A DNA stretch of 64,000 nt, from contig CBDIID010000003.1 in NCBI GenBank assembly GCA_965279515.1, positions 4,384,001-4,448,000 on the forward strand. Reading direction: 5' to 3'. This document shows, piece by piece, positions 46,620 to 56,303 of the stretch (positions within the stretch are counted from its first letter, which is position 1; each line of letters starts with the position of its first letter). Under the pieces are notes generated by a model. It saw only the letters and a list, made by a program, of their open reading frames with translations. It did not search any database and was not told the DNA's origin. The stretch comes from Turneriella sp. GTDB lineage: Bacteria > Spirochaetota > Leptospiria > Turneriellales > Turneriellaceae. Position numbers and translations under genes: made by a program.

Positions 46620-49058
46620 ATGCCCGTGAAAATATTCCGCTGGATCTGGAATCATAAGGCGAAAATCACGCTGGTGACGACCGCCCTTGTGGCCGCTTTT
46701 GCGCTGTCGATGGTCGTCGGCGCCTTTATCAAGTGGCAGGGAAAAAAAGAAACCGTAAGCCATATTCTGGATGCAGTGCAGGCAGAGCTCAAGGGTGAGA
46801 TCTCTGAACGCGACAGAAAACTTATCGAGATCTATGACAGAAATGGTGTCCTGATCGGCGAGATGCGCCGCGCCGGGCAGCGCGACATCCGCGCCGATAA
46901 CATGGTTGAATACAAAAACGTTGTCTGGGCGCTGTTGGCTTCTGAAGACCGGAATTTCTACAAGCATGGCGGTGTGCAGCTGCGTGCCATCGGCCGCGCG
47001 CTGGTCACCATGGTCACGGGGGGTGAGACACAGGGCGGCAGTACGATCACGCAGCAGCTGGCAAAACTCGTTTTGAGCGAAGCGGAAGCCGCAGAAGCGG
47101 GGCAGGCGGGCGATACGGCAAAGATCCGCAAGCGCAGCATCTTCAATAAATTATCCGAATTTTTCTGCACCTGGTACCTGGAGTCCAAATACGATAAAGC
47201 AACGATTCTCGCGATGTACCTGAATAAGGTCTATCTCGGTATGATGAGCGTCGGTTTCGAAGATGCCAGCCGGCGATATTTCGGTGTTTCGGCGCGCGAG
47301 CTTTCACCGGCAGAGGCGGCGATGCTGGTTGGTATTATTCCAGCCCCTTCGGTTTATAATCCCGCCGCTTCGATGAAGCAGGCACTCCACCGGCAGCAGC
47401 TGGTATTAAAGCTGATGAGCGCGCATCCCTATGTCGTGAAGACGACTGAAAAGCTGGATGTCGAAAAACAAATCCGCGGTTTTCGTGAAAAACATACCGT
47501 CGTCGACCGCAAGGTCGGCGACCTCAACCTCTATACGGCGAAAATCGGCCGTTATATCTATGCGCGCAATTTTCGTTTGAATCGGGCTCCTGATTTCCTG
47601 AATGAAGTCGAGAAGTTTCTCAATAAAAAATATACCAGCGATGAGCTCAAGACAAAGGTGCTGAGAATTGATACAGCGCTCGACATCCGCAACCAGGAAG
47701 CCGCGGCGCGGCTCATGGGCGCCCGCGTCGCAGCGGTGAAGGCCGAGCTCACCAAGGAACGCGAAAATCTTATCGCAAAGAATAATAAGGCCGACGCCGA
47801 CGTCGTTCAGGTCATTGAAGATGGTTTGAATGGCAGTTTCATCGCCATCAATCCCGAAAATATGTATGTCGACAGTGTCGTCGGTGGTTATGAATACCGC
47901 AGCACGTCGCCGATCAACCGTGCGTTCTCGATGTATCGCCAGCCCGGTTCGACGATTAAGGGGCTTGTCTATGCGCTGGCGTTTCAGGAAAAACTCATCC
48001 ATCCCTCAAGCATCGTCGAAGATAAGGCGGTAAACTACGGCGGGTATCAGCCGAAAAACTGGTACAAGGGTTTTAAGGGCAAGGTGACGGCGCGGCAGGC
48101 TTTTGCACTCTCGATGAATACGGTGCCTGTGCAGCTGCTGCATAAGATTGGCCTGGGCAAATTTACCGATACGATGCAGGCGGTGCTTGGGCTGAGCTCT
48201 GAAGAGATGGCGCTCAGAATCGGCGACCGCAAAAATCTGGCGATGGCGCTGGGTGCGATCGAGCTCTCCCCGCTGGAACTGGCGAAAATCTATGCAACGA
48301 TCGCCTCGGGGGGGCTGAAGGTTGAACCCATCATGGTGACAAAGATCTCCGATTTCGACGGCAAAGAAATCTATAAAGCCGAAGATAAACCGCGCGAACG
48401 TATACTCGACCCCGTTGCGTCAGCCATGGTGATGAATCTCATGCAGGCCGTCATTTCATCGGAAGGAACAATGCCCGTGAAACTCAAGGAGCTCGAGGGC
48501 ATATCCGGGGGCAAATCGGGGACTGTACAATCACCTTCATCGGCGAAAGCAAAATGGAATAACCGCACCGGCATCCGTGATACGTGGTTTGTGGGTGCCT
48601 TGCCGGCAGAAATCAGTGTGATCTGGGTGGGGCATGAGCGGGGAGCGCCGTTCACAGGCTCGGGCAGCGGTACTGCCGGCGGTGTCTGGCAGGATTTTAG
48701 CAAGGACTATGTTGCGGGACATCCGGAAAATAAACGTTTTCTGCCGGCCCTCGAAAGCGGTTTTGTGGCGCTGGATATCTGCGGCGAAATCGGTTTAATT
48801 TTGCGGCAGTACAAGTGCCGCTATCCCCTGCGCGCCCAGGTGTATTATGCCGAAAACCAGGGCGAGCTGAGCCAACGCACCGACGCTTATGTGGCAAAGA
48901 TTTCGACGCCGGTGCTGATGGGTGCTCCGGGGGAGCTGACGATACAGACGCGTACCGACGGCAAGACGCCTGACCTTGTCGACAAAAGCGAACTTGCGAA
49001 TGGAGCGGGGGTCGAGCTCGAAGAAGGCCCGCAGCAGAATCTCGAGATGTTTAATTAG
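46620..49058 (+). CDS. Class A penicillin-binding protein (PBP1A-like transglycosylase/transpeptidase)
   Basis: SEDRNFYKH, GGSTITQQL, YLN, STIK, SMN, KSG. Confidence 0.92.
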   Translation: MPVKIFRWIWNHKAKITLVTTALVAAFALSMVVGAFIKWQGKKETVSHILDAVQAELKGEISERDRKLIEIYDRNGVLIGEMRRAGQRDIRADNMVEYKNVVWALLASEDRNFYKHGGVQLRAIGRALVTMVTGGETQGGSTITQQLAKLVLSEAEAAEAGQAGDTAKIRKRSIFNKLSEFFCTWYLESKYDKATILAMYLNKVYLGMMSVGFEDASRRYFGVSARELSPAEAAMLVGIIPAPSVYNPAASMKQALHRQQLVLKLMSAHPYVVKTTEKLDVEKQIRGFREKHTVVDRKVGDLNLYTAKIGRYIYARNFRLNRAPDFLNEVEKFLNKKYTSDELKTKVLRIDTALDIRNQEAAARLMGARVAAVKAELTKERENLIAKNNKADADVVQVIEDGLNGSFIAINPENMYVDSVVGGYEYRSTSPINRAFSMYRQPGSTIKGLVYALAFQEKLIHPSSIVEDKAVNYGGYQPKNWYKGFKGKVTARQAFALSMNTVPVQLLHKIGLGKFTDTMQAVLGLSSEEMALRIGDRKNLAMALGAIELSPLELAKIYATIASGGLKVEPIMVTKISDFDGKEIYKAEDKPRERILDPVASAMVMNLMQAVISSEGTMPVKLKELEGISGGKSGTVQSPSSAKAKWNNRTGIRDTWFVGALPAEISVIWVGHERGAPFTGSGSGTAGGVWQDFSKDYVAGHPENKRFLPALESGFVALDICGEIGLILRQYKCRYPLRAQVYYAENQGELSQRTDAYVAKISTPVLMGAPGELTIQTRTDGKTPDLVDKSELANGAGVELEEGPQQNLEMFN

Positions 49059-50280
49059 AACGCGTCAAAAGTCCCGAATAGAAGGCCTCATAGTTTGCGG
49101 GCTTGCCGTGCAGCGAGTAGCCGTAGACACTGATATGGAAGGGAGAAGATTCTCCCGGCTGCAGTGCTTTTTTCACTGCAAAACCATAGGAGCTGCCGAT
49201 AAATTTACCCGACGCGTCAAAAAGACTGAGCAGTATTCTGGGATAGGTGACTTCAGTCTCTTCATTGTTCGTAATGATTCCGCTAAAGGAATAATCGTTG
49301 AGCGTCGAACCCGTAGCTTTGCCGAAACGCAGATTTTTTGCGGTTAGTGCCAAAGCACGGTGACCATAAAATGTCTGCGCCGGTTCGAAGCTGATTTCAT
49401 AATTCGCATAACCTGTGGGTGGTTTAAACAGACATGAGAATGGGAGTTTTTCTTTTTCCAATACTGGTCTGTCGGGCGCAACGCAATGCGCTCCGGCGAG
49501 CAGATTTTTTCTGTTATCGTAGAGCTGCACCGATAGGCGTACATCGCCGAGCATTGCCTTGCCGGTATTTTCCACGCGACCGATGATTTGCGTAAAGCCT
49601 CCGGCGCCACCCTTGCGCAGAGCGACGTCGATAAGCCGTCCCGAAGGTTCGGCGCTTTCTTCGAGAGTACCTTTGTCGGTTTTCGCAAGGTTTACTACGA
49701 CACGTCTGTCGTTCTTCTGCGAAGGGAGTGTCGCTGTTACGCCGCTGATGGTCGTTGTTTTGGTACTGCTCAGAGCTTTCGGCGGATCTTCCATAGGCAC
49801 GGCACCTGATGCCTTCTCGCGTGGAATTTCACCGCGCGCTGTTTTCAGTATCACCCCGGAAGAGGAATCGACGAGGCGCAGAAAAATTTCCGTCCTGTCG
49901 GCTTTGCCTGTCACTACACCGATAACAACGGCGTTGACTGAAAGCAAACGGCCGAGCCTCGCGGCGGTTGCAGCATCGACTGCGCCACTTTGCACGAGCT
50001 CATGCTCCTTGAGAACCTGATTGAGGCGCGAGCGCTCGACAACCTTAAGGTTCGAGCCGGCGACGATTTCATGGATGAGTTTGTCACAGATCTCCAGTGC
50101 CTCGGTTTCCTGACTTAGCCCGCGTGTTTCAGGCGTGAATACCGCCACGGTTTTTTCTGCAAGTCTGTTTTCTGCCTGTGCAATTTCGCCCGCGAGCCGT
50201 TTGATGGTGCTGACCGAGCTGCTGGCACAGAAATAACACAGCGCCCATAAGGGCAAAATAAAAAACGCCCGGCGGTTCAC
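49051..50280 (-). CDS. Lipoprotein with CsgG/FlgO-like domain and two FxLYD domains
   Basis: VVERSRLNQVLKEHEL..GAVD..A.RLGRLL; GRVENTG..QLYD; GIITNN..SLFDASG..LQPGESSPF. Confidence 0.75.
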   Translation of the reverse strand: MNRRAFFILPLWALCYFCASSSVSTIKRLAGEIAQAENRLAEKTVAVFTPETRGLSQETEALEICDKLIHEIVAGSNLKVVERSRLNQVLKEHELVQSGAVDAATAARLGRLLSVNAVVIGVVTGKADRTEIFLRLVDSSSGVILKTARGEIPREKASGAVPMEDPPKALSSTKTTTISGVTATLPSQKNDRRVVVNLAKTDKGTLEESAEPSGRLIDVALRKGGAGGFTQIIGRVENTGKAMLGDVRLSVQLYDNRKNLLAGAHCVAPDRPVLEKEKLPFSCLFKPPTGYANYEISFEPAQTFYGHRALALTAKNLRFGKATGSTLNDYSFSGIITNNEETEVTYPRILLSLFDASGKFIGSSYGFAVKKALQPGESSPFHISVYGYSLHGKPANYEAFYSGLLTRSN

Positions 50281-50990
50281 GGTATCAAAAGCGGCGGGCT
50301 GGAAATGCTGAGGCCGCTCTCATTCAGTGCATGCTGATCGGCGAGCGCGCTGGCGGGGTATGTGGGCAGGTCAGACGCGTTAGAGTACAGCCAGCGCAAT
50401 GAGTTGATATCACGCGATGAGTAAGAGGTCTTGGAAGTCAAGTAGGCATTCATAAGATCACCATCCCTGGGGGAGTGATCCCAGAGGCCGAGGCAGTGAC
50501 CCATTTCATGCGCGGCGACGAATTCTGTATCGCGTTCACCAATCGGCTTGCCTTGAACTGTCGTTGCAATCGTCAATGAGATCGGCGTAAGTACATAGTA
50601 CTGCTTACTCAGGGAGTTATAGGCAAGCGATGCGCTGCAGACGCCAATAACGTTTCCACCCAGCGAGTTAACATACTTCACTTCAACATCGGGTGGTTCT
50701 GCGTAAGTGGTTTGTACCTCACCGAAGAGGGAGACATTTTTTTGCCAGAATTGTATGCCTTTAAGGGCGGCATTTTCCCCTGCTTCGGTGCATCCGGCAA
50801 CGGCGCAACGGTTGTAGCGTAATTTGACAGGCATTTGCGACCAGCTGAATTTTTTACCTGCGATCTGCGACGGTGATGTGAATTCGACATTGTAGCGCGC
50901 GTCGAGTCCCGGATCTGTCGCCGACATACAGCCACCGTATGTGCCAGCGATGAGCAAAAAAATCACGCTAAAAGATGGCGTACATCGCAT
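50277..50990 (-). CDS. Matrixin-family (metzincin) metalloprotease lipoprotein
   Basis: HEMGHCLGLWDHS..DLM (Met-turn); YGGC lipobox-like. Confidence 0.85.
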   Translation of the reverse strand: MRCTPSFSVIFLLIAGTYGGCMSATDPGLDARYNVEFTSPSQIAGKKFSWSQMPVKLRYNRCAVAGCTEAGENAALKGIQFWQKNVSLFGEVQTTYAEPPDVEVKYVNSLGGNVIGVCSASLAYNSLSKQYYVLTPISLTIATTVQGKPIGERDTEFVAAHEMGHCLGLWDHSPRDGDLMNAYLTSKTSYSSRDINSLRWLYSNASDLPTYPASALADQHALNESGLSISSPPLLIP

Positions 50991-51597
50991 AAAGCGTCAC
51001 TCCAGTTTGTAAACTTTTGACCGAATTGAGTACAAGCGGAGACTGTGAAAAAACCGCATAGTCAAAATGGAAGGTCCCCATCAATGTAAAACGGTTCCAG
51101 GTCTTCTTATAAGCAATGATTGGTCCCAATCCCTGATAACTCCGTTTGGTATTATAAACCTCAGCACCATAAAAGGTGATATCTGAAAAATAGTTATACG
51201 TCAGAGAAATGCCCAAACCGAAATCGTCTATCCAATAGAGCGGGCTCAGGCGTACCTGGATGGCCGTGCAGGCACCGGGTATTTTAACAATTTCGGGAAA
51301 ATAACTTTCGCTGCAGATTGCGTCATTCGCAGATCCGTCGATGCGTTGTGAAAATGCCTGACTTTTAGTAAAATTGAACAGCAAACTAAGAGGGGCATTG
51401 CCAAGGGTAAAATTGGCTTTTGCAGCAAGACCAAAGCCCAGTCTGAAATCCTTCGATGTTGTCTGCGCCCAGGCTGAGTTAAAACTCACCATCGAGGCTG
51501 CGCCGATATCGAAACCGCTCAGTTTTAACTCGGAGCTCCAGAGATTTCCGGAATACCACAGGCTGGCTAAGAATAACCCTGCACGAAAATGTTTCAC
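50968..51597 (-). CDS. Hypothetical outer-membrane beta-barrel protein
   Basis: Signal peptide, alternating beta-strands, terminal Phe (YAMYAIF). Confidence 0.6.
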   Translation of the reverse strand: MKHFRAGLFLASLWYSGNLWSSELKLSGFDIGAASMVSFNSAWAQTTSKDFRLGFGLAAKANFTLGNAPLSLLFNFTKSQAFSQRIDGSANDAICSESYFPEIVKIPGACTAIQVRLSPLYWIDDFGLGISLTYNYFSDITFYGAEVYNTKRSYQGLGPIIAYKKTWNRFTLMGTFHFDYAVFSQSPLVLNSVKSLQTGVTLYAMYAIF

Positions 51598-51725
51598 AAG
51601 CGATCCGTCAGACTGACGGAAGAATGGCCGCCGGCCGGCAATCGATTTTCAGCAGCTTGCTATGTGCCGAAAATACAGAGAATCGGGATTTCATGATTGC
51701 CTCGCCGCATTGATTTAGTTATCTT

Positions 51726-53165
51726 ATGGCCATGACTCTGCTCAGCGAAAAAATACGGACGCTTCAGGAGCTGCCCGTACTTCATCCGGAGATTATTCAA
51801 AAACTCGGTGATATTGTCGCCGAAGCTGACGACTGGCAACTCTACCGTATTAACCCTTTCGCTTTTGCAGCCGAGCATGGCATCGACGAAGAGAAGACCC
51901 TCGATCTGTTTATCCACTCTGCCCGGGTGGGGCTGTTTGACTTCTCGTATAATATGATCTGTCCCCGCTGCGGCGGTGTGGCGCATGCGCACCATGAGCT
52001 TGACCAGGTTGAGTCGACGGATTTTTACTGTGCGGTCTGCACCATGTCGAGCCCGGCCACGCTCGATGACCAGGTAGAGGTCTCCTTCGCCGTAAATCCG
52101 GCGATCCGCAAGCTGAGCATTAACCCGCTCGCCGATCTTGCATCTTATAACCGTTACCACTTCTCGGCGAATTATGTGGTCTCCGACGAGTTACGTGATC
52201 TGAGGAAAAAACTACTGCGGCATTTGCTGGTGATTCCCCCGGATGCCTCCAAACGTATGCAGCTAAAGAAGGGAAATTACTCCACCTTTCAACTGATCTC
52301 TATCGAGACCAATACCTCCATTATGATTCACCTCGGTAAACAAGATGGCACTCTGGGCTCTTCGGGAAATATTCCTTTCGCAGTGACAGGATTTGCGCAA
52401 AAGGAAATTTCCTCGTCGGCGCAGGCCTGTGAAATCACCGTACATAACAATACGCGTGGTCCGGTGGGCATGATGGTGGCGACCCCTGACTTGCCGCGCA
52501 TACTCGATATCGTTGCAAAGCATCCCACGCAAGTGCGCAAATTTCTCACGGCGAAGATGCTGCTCAATAACCAGACCTTCCGCGAGGTTTATAAGATTCA
52601 GCATCTCTCGAAAAATCTCAACCTAAATATCAGAAGCCTGACGATCATGTTTACCGACCTGCGCGGCTCCACGGAAATGTACGATAAGGCAGGGGATGTC
52701 TTCGCTTACTCGCTGGTCCAGGAACATTTTCGCATTCTCACCGATTCGGTGCGTAAATTCCATGGCGCGATTATAAAGACCATGGGAGACGCCATCATGG
52801 CAACATTCTCTACCCCCGGCGACGGCATCTCTGCGGCGCTCGATATGATGACGCAGATTGCGGTACTCAACGAGCGGGTGCGCAAAGATGGCTTTGAAAT
52901 CGGTCTCAAAGTCGGGTTGCACGAGGGGCCGGCCTTAGCAGTGATGCGCGACGAGCGCCTCGATTATTTCGGGCAAACAGTCAACATCGCCGCGCGGGTG
53001 CAGGGTTTAGCCTCGGCGGGCGAGATCTGGATTACGCAGAGCGTTGCGCGTTCACGCGAGGCAAAGGCCGTGACGGACCAGGCCGAACTGCGCCATGAAG
53101 AGCACCGGGCGCATCTCAAAGGCGTGGGGCAAGAGACCGTCGTCTACAAGCTCAGCGCCGCGTAA
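51726..53165 (+). CDS. Class III adenylate cyclase with N-terminal DUF5939-like zinc-ribbon domain
   Basis: CPRCGG..CAVC; FTDLRGST, KTMGDAIM, DYFGQTVNIAARVQ. Confidence 0.88.
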   Translation: MAMTLLSEKIRTLQELPVLHPEIIQKLGDIVAEADDWQLYRINPFAFAAEHGIDEEKTLDLFIHSARVGLFDFSYNMICPRCGGVAHAHHELDQVESTDFYCAVCTMSSPATLDDQVEVSFAVNPAIRKLSINPLADLASYNRYHFSANYVVSDELRDLRKKLLRHLLVIPPDASKRMQLKKGNYSTFQLISIETNTSIMIHLGKQDGTLGSSGNIPFAVTGFAQKEISSSAQACEITVHNNTRGPVGMMVATPDLPRILDIVAKHPTQVRKFLTAKMLLNNQTFREVYKIQHLSKNLNLNIRSLTIMFTDLRGSTEMYDKAGDVFAYSLVQEHFRILTDSVRKFHGAIIKTMGDAIMATFSTPGDGISAALDMMTQIAVLNERVRKDGFEIGLKVGLHEGPALAVMRDERLDYFGQTVNIAARVQGLASAGEIWITQSVARSREAKAVTDQAELRHEEHRAHLKGVGQETVVYKLSAA

Positions 53166-54135
53166 TAAAACCCATTTCGTCGGCAATTGCTTTCAGGCGG
53201 TCGGGATAATCGGTGATAATGCCGTCGACGCCCATGCGCACGAGGCTACGGATTTCTTCCGGTTCATTGACGGTCCAGGGAATGATCGCCAGGCCGTTTT
53301 TGTGCGCCAGCTGCACAAGCATCGGGTTTGTGTCGCGCCGGTTAGGCGCGATGATGTCGGCCTTGTTTGCAAGTACCCGGCTGATCATCATGTCGGGCGT
53401 TCTGCGGCCGACACCGGGCCACTGGCTCCACTGAAAAAGTGCCGCAGTGCGCATCGCCGGTGCGATTTCTTTCACAAAAGGCAGCAGCCGTATTTCAAAG
53501 GACTGCACCATCACCCTTGAGGTGAGCCCCGCAGCAGCGGTCTGCGTGAGAATCAGCTGCGCGATTTTTTCCAGGTATGCATCGGTGGGGGTGAGCCGCG
53601 GCGGAAATTTGACGTCGATATTAAATATCACATTGCGTGCATTGTCGTCGGTTTTCTCGAGTTCACGGATATGCGCAAAAAAATCCCTGAGCGTCAAGAG
53701 GCGGGTGAGGGGGATCTCCCTCCGTTCCGGAAATTTGGCATCTTTGAGTGAACCGCAATCGAGTTTTTTCAGTTCGGCGACCGTGATGCGTTCCAGCGCC
53801 GTGACTTTGATGCGGCCGCCGTCATCTTTGCGGCAGAGTTTCGGATTCGTGAAAGAATCATGGTGGATAATGAGGTCCCCGTCAGCAGTCAGGTTAACAT
53901 CGAACTCGATGGCGGTCATGCCGTTGCGGATGCCCGCTTCAAAGGCAGGCCAGGTATTTTCCGGGGCAAGACCGCGTGCGCCGCGGTGGCCGTGGAGTTC
54001 CAGCTTCTTCTCAACCTTCGCGGTGCTGCCCGATGGCGCGATGCTTTCTTCAGGCGGATTAAAATTACCGCAGGCAGTACCGAAGAGCAAGGCCGCAAAG
54101 AGCGCCGGCGCCAGCGGGCTGCGTGCTTTAAACAA
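53152..54135 (-). CDS. Glycerophosphodiester phosphodiesterase lipoprotein
   Basis: GHRGARGLAPENT, EFDV, HHD, WTVN, GIITDYP; GTAC lipobox. Confidence 0.9.
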   Translation of the reverse strand: MFKARSPLAPALFAALLFGTACGNFNPPEESIAPSGSTAKVEKKLELHGHRGARGLAPENTWPAFEAGIRNGMTAIEFDVNLTADGDLIIHHDSFTNPKLCRKDDGGRIKVTALERITVAELKKLDCGSLKDAKFPERREIPLTRLLTLRDFFAHIRELEKTDDNARNVIFNIDVKFPPRLTPTDAYLEKIAQLILTQTAAAGLTSRVMVQSFEIRLLPFVKEIAPAMRTAALFQWSQWPGVGRRTPDMMISRVLANKADIIAPNRRDTNPMLVQLAHKNGLAIIPWTVNEPEEIRSLVRMGVDGIITDYPDRLKAIADEMGFITRR

Positions 54136-54137
54136 AA

Positions 54138-55208
54138 TCAGGCGACGGATGCCTTCATGCCGGCGCGCCGCTTCTTGACGGCTTCAGCAAGTTCTCGTAG
54201 CAGCGGCGCAGTTTCGTCGAAGGCGATGCAGGCGTCGGTGATTGATTTACCGTACTCGAGTTTTTCGAGCGGTGCTTCTTTCTGGTTGCCGGCTTTCAGG
54301 TGGCTTTCGAGCATGATACCCATGATGGCATCAGAGCCTGCGGCGATCTGCCCGGCGACGTCGCGGGCAACGATCGTTTGGCGGGTGTGGTCTTTCTTGG
54401 AATTGCCATGGCTGCAGTCGACAATGAGCCGCGGTGTTAAGCCCGCTTCTTTTAAATCGGCCGCCGCTTTATCGACATGGGCCTTTTCGTAGTTAGGGCC
54501 GCTGGTCGAGCCGCGCAGAATCAGGTGGCCAAAGGGATTGCCCTTGGTGTGGACAATCGCTGCGACACCCTGTTTTGTGATCGATAAGAAGTGGTGCGGC
54601 GCCTGCGCCGCGTGGATGGCGTCGATGGCGATCTTGACATTGCCGTCGGTCCCATTTTTGAAACCGACAGGAACAGAGAGCCCGGAAGCCAGTTCACGGT
54701 GCACCTGGCTTTCTGTCGTACGGGCGCCGATCGCACCCCATGTCACTGCGTCCGCCGTAAACTGCGGACTGATGGTATCTAAGAATTCACAGCCCGCGGG
54801 CAGGCCCATCGTGGTCAGGTCGACGAGCAGTTTGCGGCCGAGACGCAGGCCTTCGTTGATCTGGAAGGAGTTGTCGATGTGCGGGTCGTTGATGAGACCC
54901 TTCCAGCCAGAGCGGGTGCGCGGCTTTTCAAAATAGACGCGCATGATGATTTCGAGCTCGCCCATGAGTTCATCTCTCAGGGGTTTTAAAAGCGCGGCAT
55001 ATTCGTGCGCCGCTTTGATGTCATGGATCGAGCAGGGCCCGACGACAACCAGTACCCGGTCGTCTTTGCCGCTGACGATGTCGGCACACTTTGCCCGCGC
55101 GACGCTCACAAAACGCTGGCCGATCTCATCGAGCGGTATCTCTTCCATGAGAATCGCGGGTGGAATCAGGGATTTAAGTGCGTCGATGCGCAGGTCGTCT
55201 GTTGTCAT
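54138..55208 (-). CDS. aroG: DAHP synthase, class I-alpha
   Basis: GPCSIHD, YFEKPRT..GWKG, GARTTESQVHR, DCSHGNS, SITDAC; paralog identity (aroG/F/H) uncertain. Confidence 0.93.
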   Translation of the reverse strand: MTTDDLRIDALKSLIPPAILMEEIPLDEIGQRFVSVARAKCADIVSGKDDRVLVVVGPCSIHDIKAAHEYAALLKPLRDELMGELEIIMRVYFEKPRTRSGWKGLINDPHIDNSFQINEGLRLGRKLLVDLTTMGLPAGCEFLDTISPQFTADAVTWGAIGARTTESQVHRELASGLSVPVGFKNGTDGNVKIAIDAIHAAQAPHHFLSITKQGVAAIVHTKGNPFGHLILRGSTSGPNYEKAHVDKAAADLKEAGLTPRLIVDCSHGNSKKDHTRQTIVARDVAGQIAAGSDAIMGIMLESHLKAGNQKEAPLEKLEYGKSITDACIAFDETAPLLRELAEAVKKRRAGMKASVA

Positions 55209-55226
55209 AGCTATAATTTCGGTATA

Positions 55227-55255
55227 AATATAATATGGGGACTGTAAAAAATCAA
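55227..55255 (-). promoter_or_regulatory. Putative sigma-70 promoter of the DAHP synthase gene
   Basis: Minus strand TTGATT-N17-TATATT. Confidence 0.5.
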
Positions 55256-55256
55256 C

Positions 55257-55286
55257 AATAAAACCGGGGCGATTGCCTCGCCCCGG
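55257..55286 (-). terminator. Rho-independent terminator of the NmrA-like gene
   Basis: CCGGGGCGA-N5-TCGCCCCGG followed by TTTTATT on the minus strand. Confidence 0.75.
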
Positions 55287-55294
55287 CGGTTAAA

Positions 55295-56143
55295 TCACGC
55301 CCAGCGGGTCTTAAAATCGGCTGCGTACTGATCGAAGGTTATGGGGGATTTCCCCGTAATCAGTTTCACATTTTCCGTAACGGGGGCTGAATGGCCGTCC
55401 TTGAGAGCCTGGGCGATATATGCGAGAAATCCCACATAGTCTGCTGGCAGGCCGAAACCCGAAAGACCTGCCTGAAAAGCTTCGGATGTGATATCGGCAT
55501 AAGTGATGGTTTTGCCGGTGGCCTGCGAGAGTTTTGCGGCAACTTCACTATGGGTAACCGCCTCGCTGCCCGTCAAAGCAAAGGCGCGGTTTGCAAACGT
55601 ATCAGAGGTCAGAAGCTCGAAGGCGGTCGCCGAAATATCGCGCGCATCGATGAAGCTGGCCTTCGCGTCACCGCCCGGGAAGTAGATTTTCGCATCCTTC
55701 AGGATACCGCTGATCCAGAAGGTGTGGAAGTTCTGCATGAACCAGTTCGGGCGTATAATATTCCAGGCAAGGCCCGAGGCTTCGATATCGAGTTCGAGAT
55801 GGCGCATCGGCGCCTCGGCCGGCGCATGTTCGACGCCCATCGCCGTCATCTGCACGAGCTTTTTGAGTTTTACGGCTTTCGCCTTTTCGAGCAGCGGTTT
55901 CAGCGCTGAGTAGGCATCGACAACGGCTGGTGGGCCGATCAGAAATGCCGCATCGGCTTTTTCGAGGACCTCGAGTCCTTCCGTGGGCTTTTGCGAGTCG
56001 ATTTGGACGGCGGTCAGCCGCTCTCTTTTCGCCAGTTTTTCGGGATGGCGTGTGCCGGCGAAAACCTCGTGGTCTGCGGCGAGTAATTTGTCGACCAGGG
56101 TGCTGGAAACAGTACCGGTCGCTCCATAAACAAATATTTTCAT
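55295..56143 (-). CDS. NmrA-like NAD(P)H-binding oxidoreductase
   Basis: VYGATGTVS, IRPNWFMQN, FIDARDI; SD AAGGAG. Confidence 0.88.
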   Translation of the reverse strand: MKIFVYGATGTVSSTLVDKLLAADHEVFAGTRHPEKLAKRERLTAVQIDSQKPTEGLEVLEKADAAFLIGPPAVVDAYSALKPLLEKAKAVKLKKLVQMTAMGVEHAPAEAPMRHLELDIEASGLAWNIIRPNWFMQNFHTFWISGILKDAKIYFPGGDAKASFIDARDISATAFELLTSDTFANRAFALTGSEAVTHSEVAAKLSQATGKTITYADITSEAFQAGLSGFGLPADYVGFLAYIAQALKDGHSAPVTENVKLITGKSPITFDQYAADFKTRWA

Positions 56144-56251
56144 TTAGATCTCCTTGTCGCCCTCCCCAAGTCTGGGGTTAGGGGCGAAATAACTTCGATA
56201 AGATAACCTTTCACCGCCGCATGCCCATGTCGCCGGGTAAAAAAGGCATAT

Positions 56252-56279
56252 CCAATCGTCTAAACTCATGGACGATTGG
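56252..56279. promoter_or_regulatory. Inverted repeat between divergent oxidoreductase and AraC genes (putative operator)
   Basis: CCAATCGTC-N10-GACGATTGG, perfect. Confidence 0.55.
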
Positions 56280-56303
56280 GTAAAAGCGGGATATATTGCG
56301 GTT

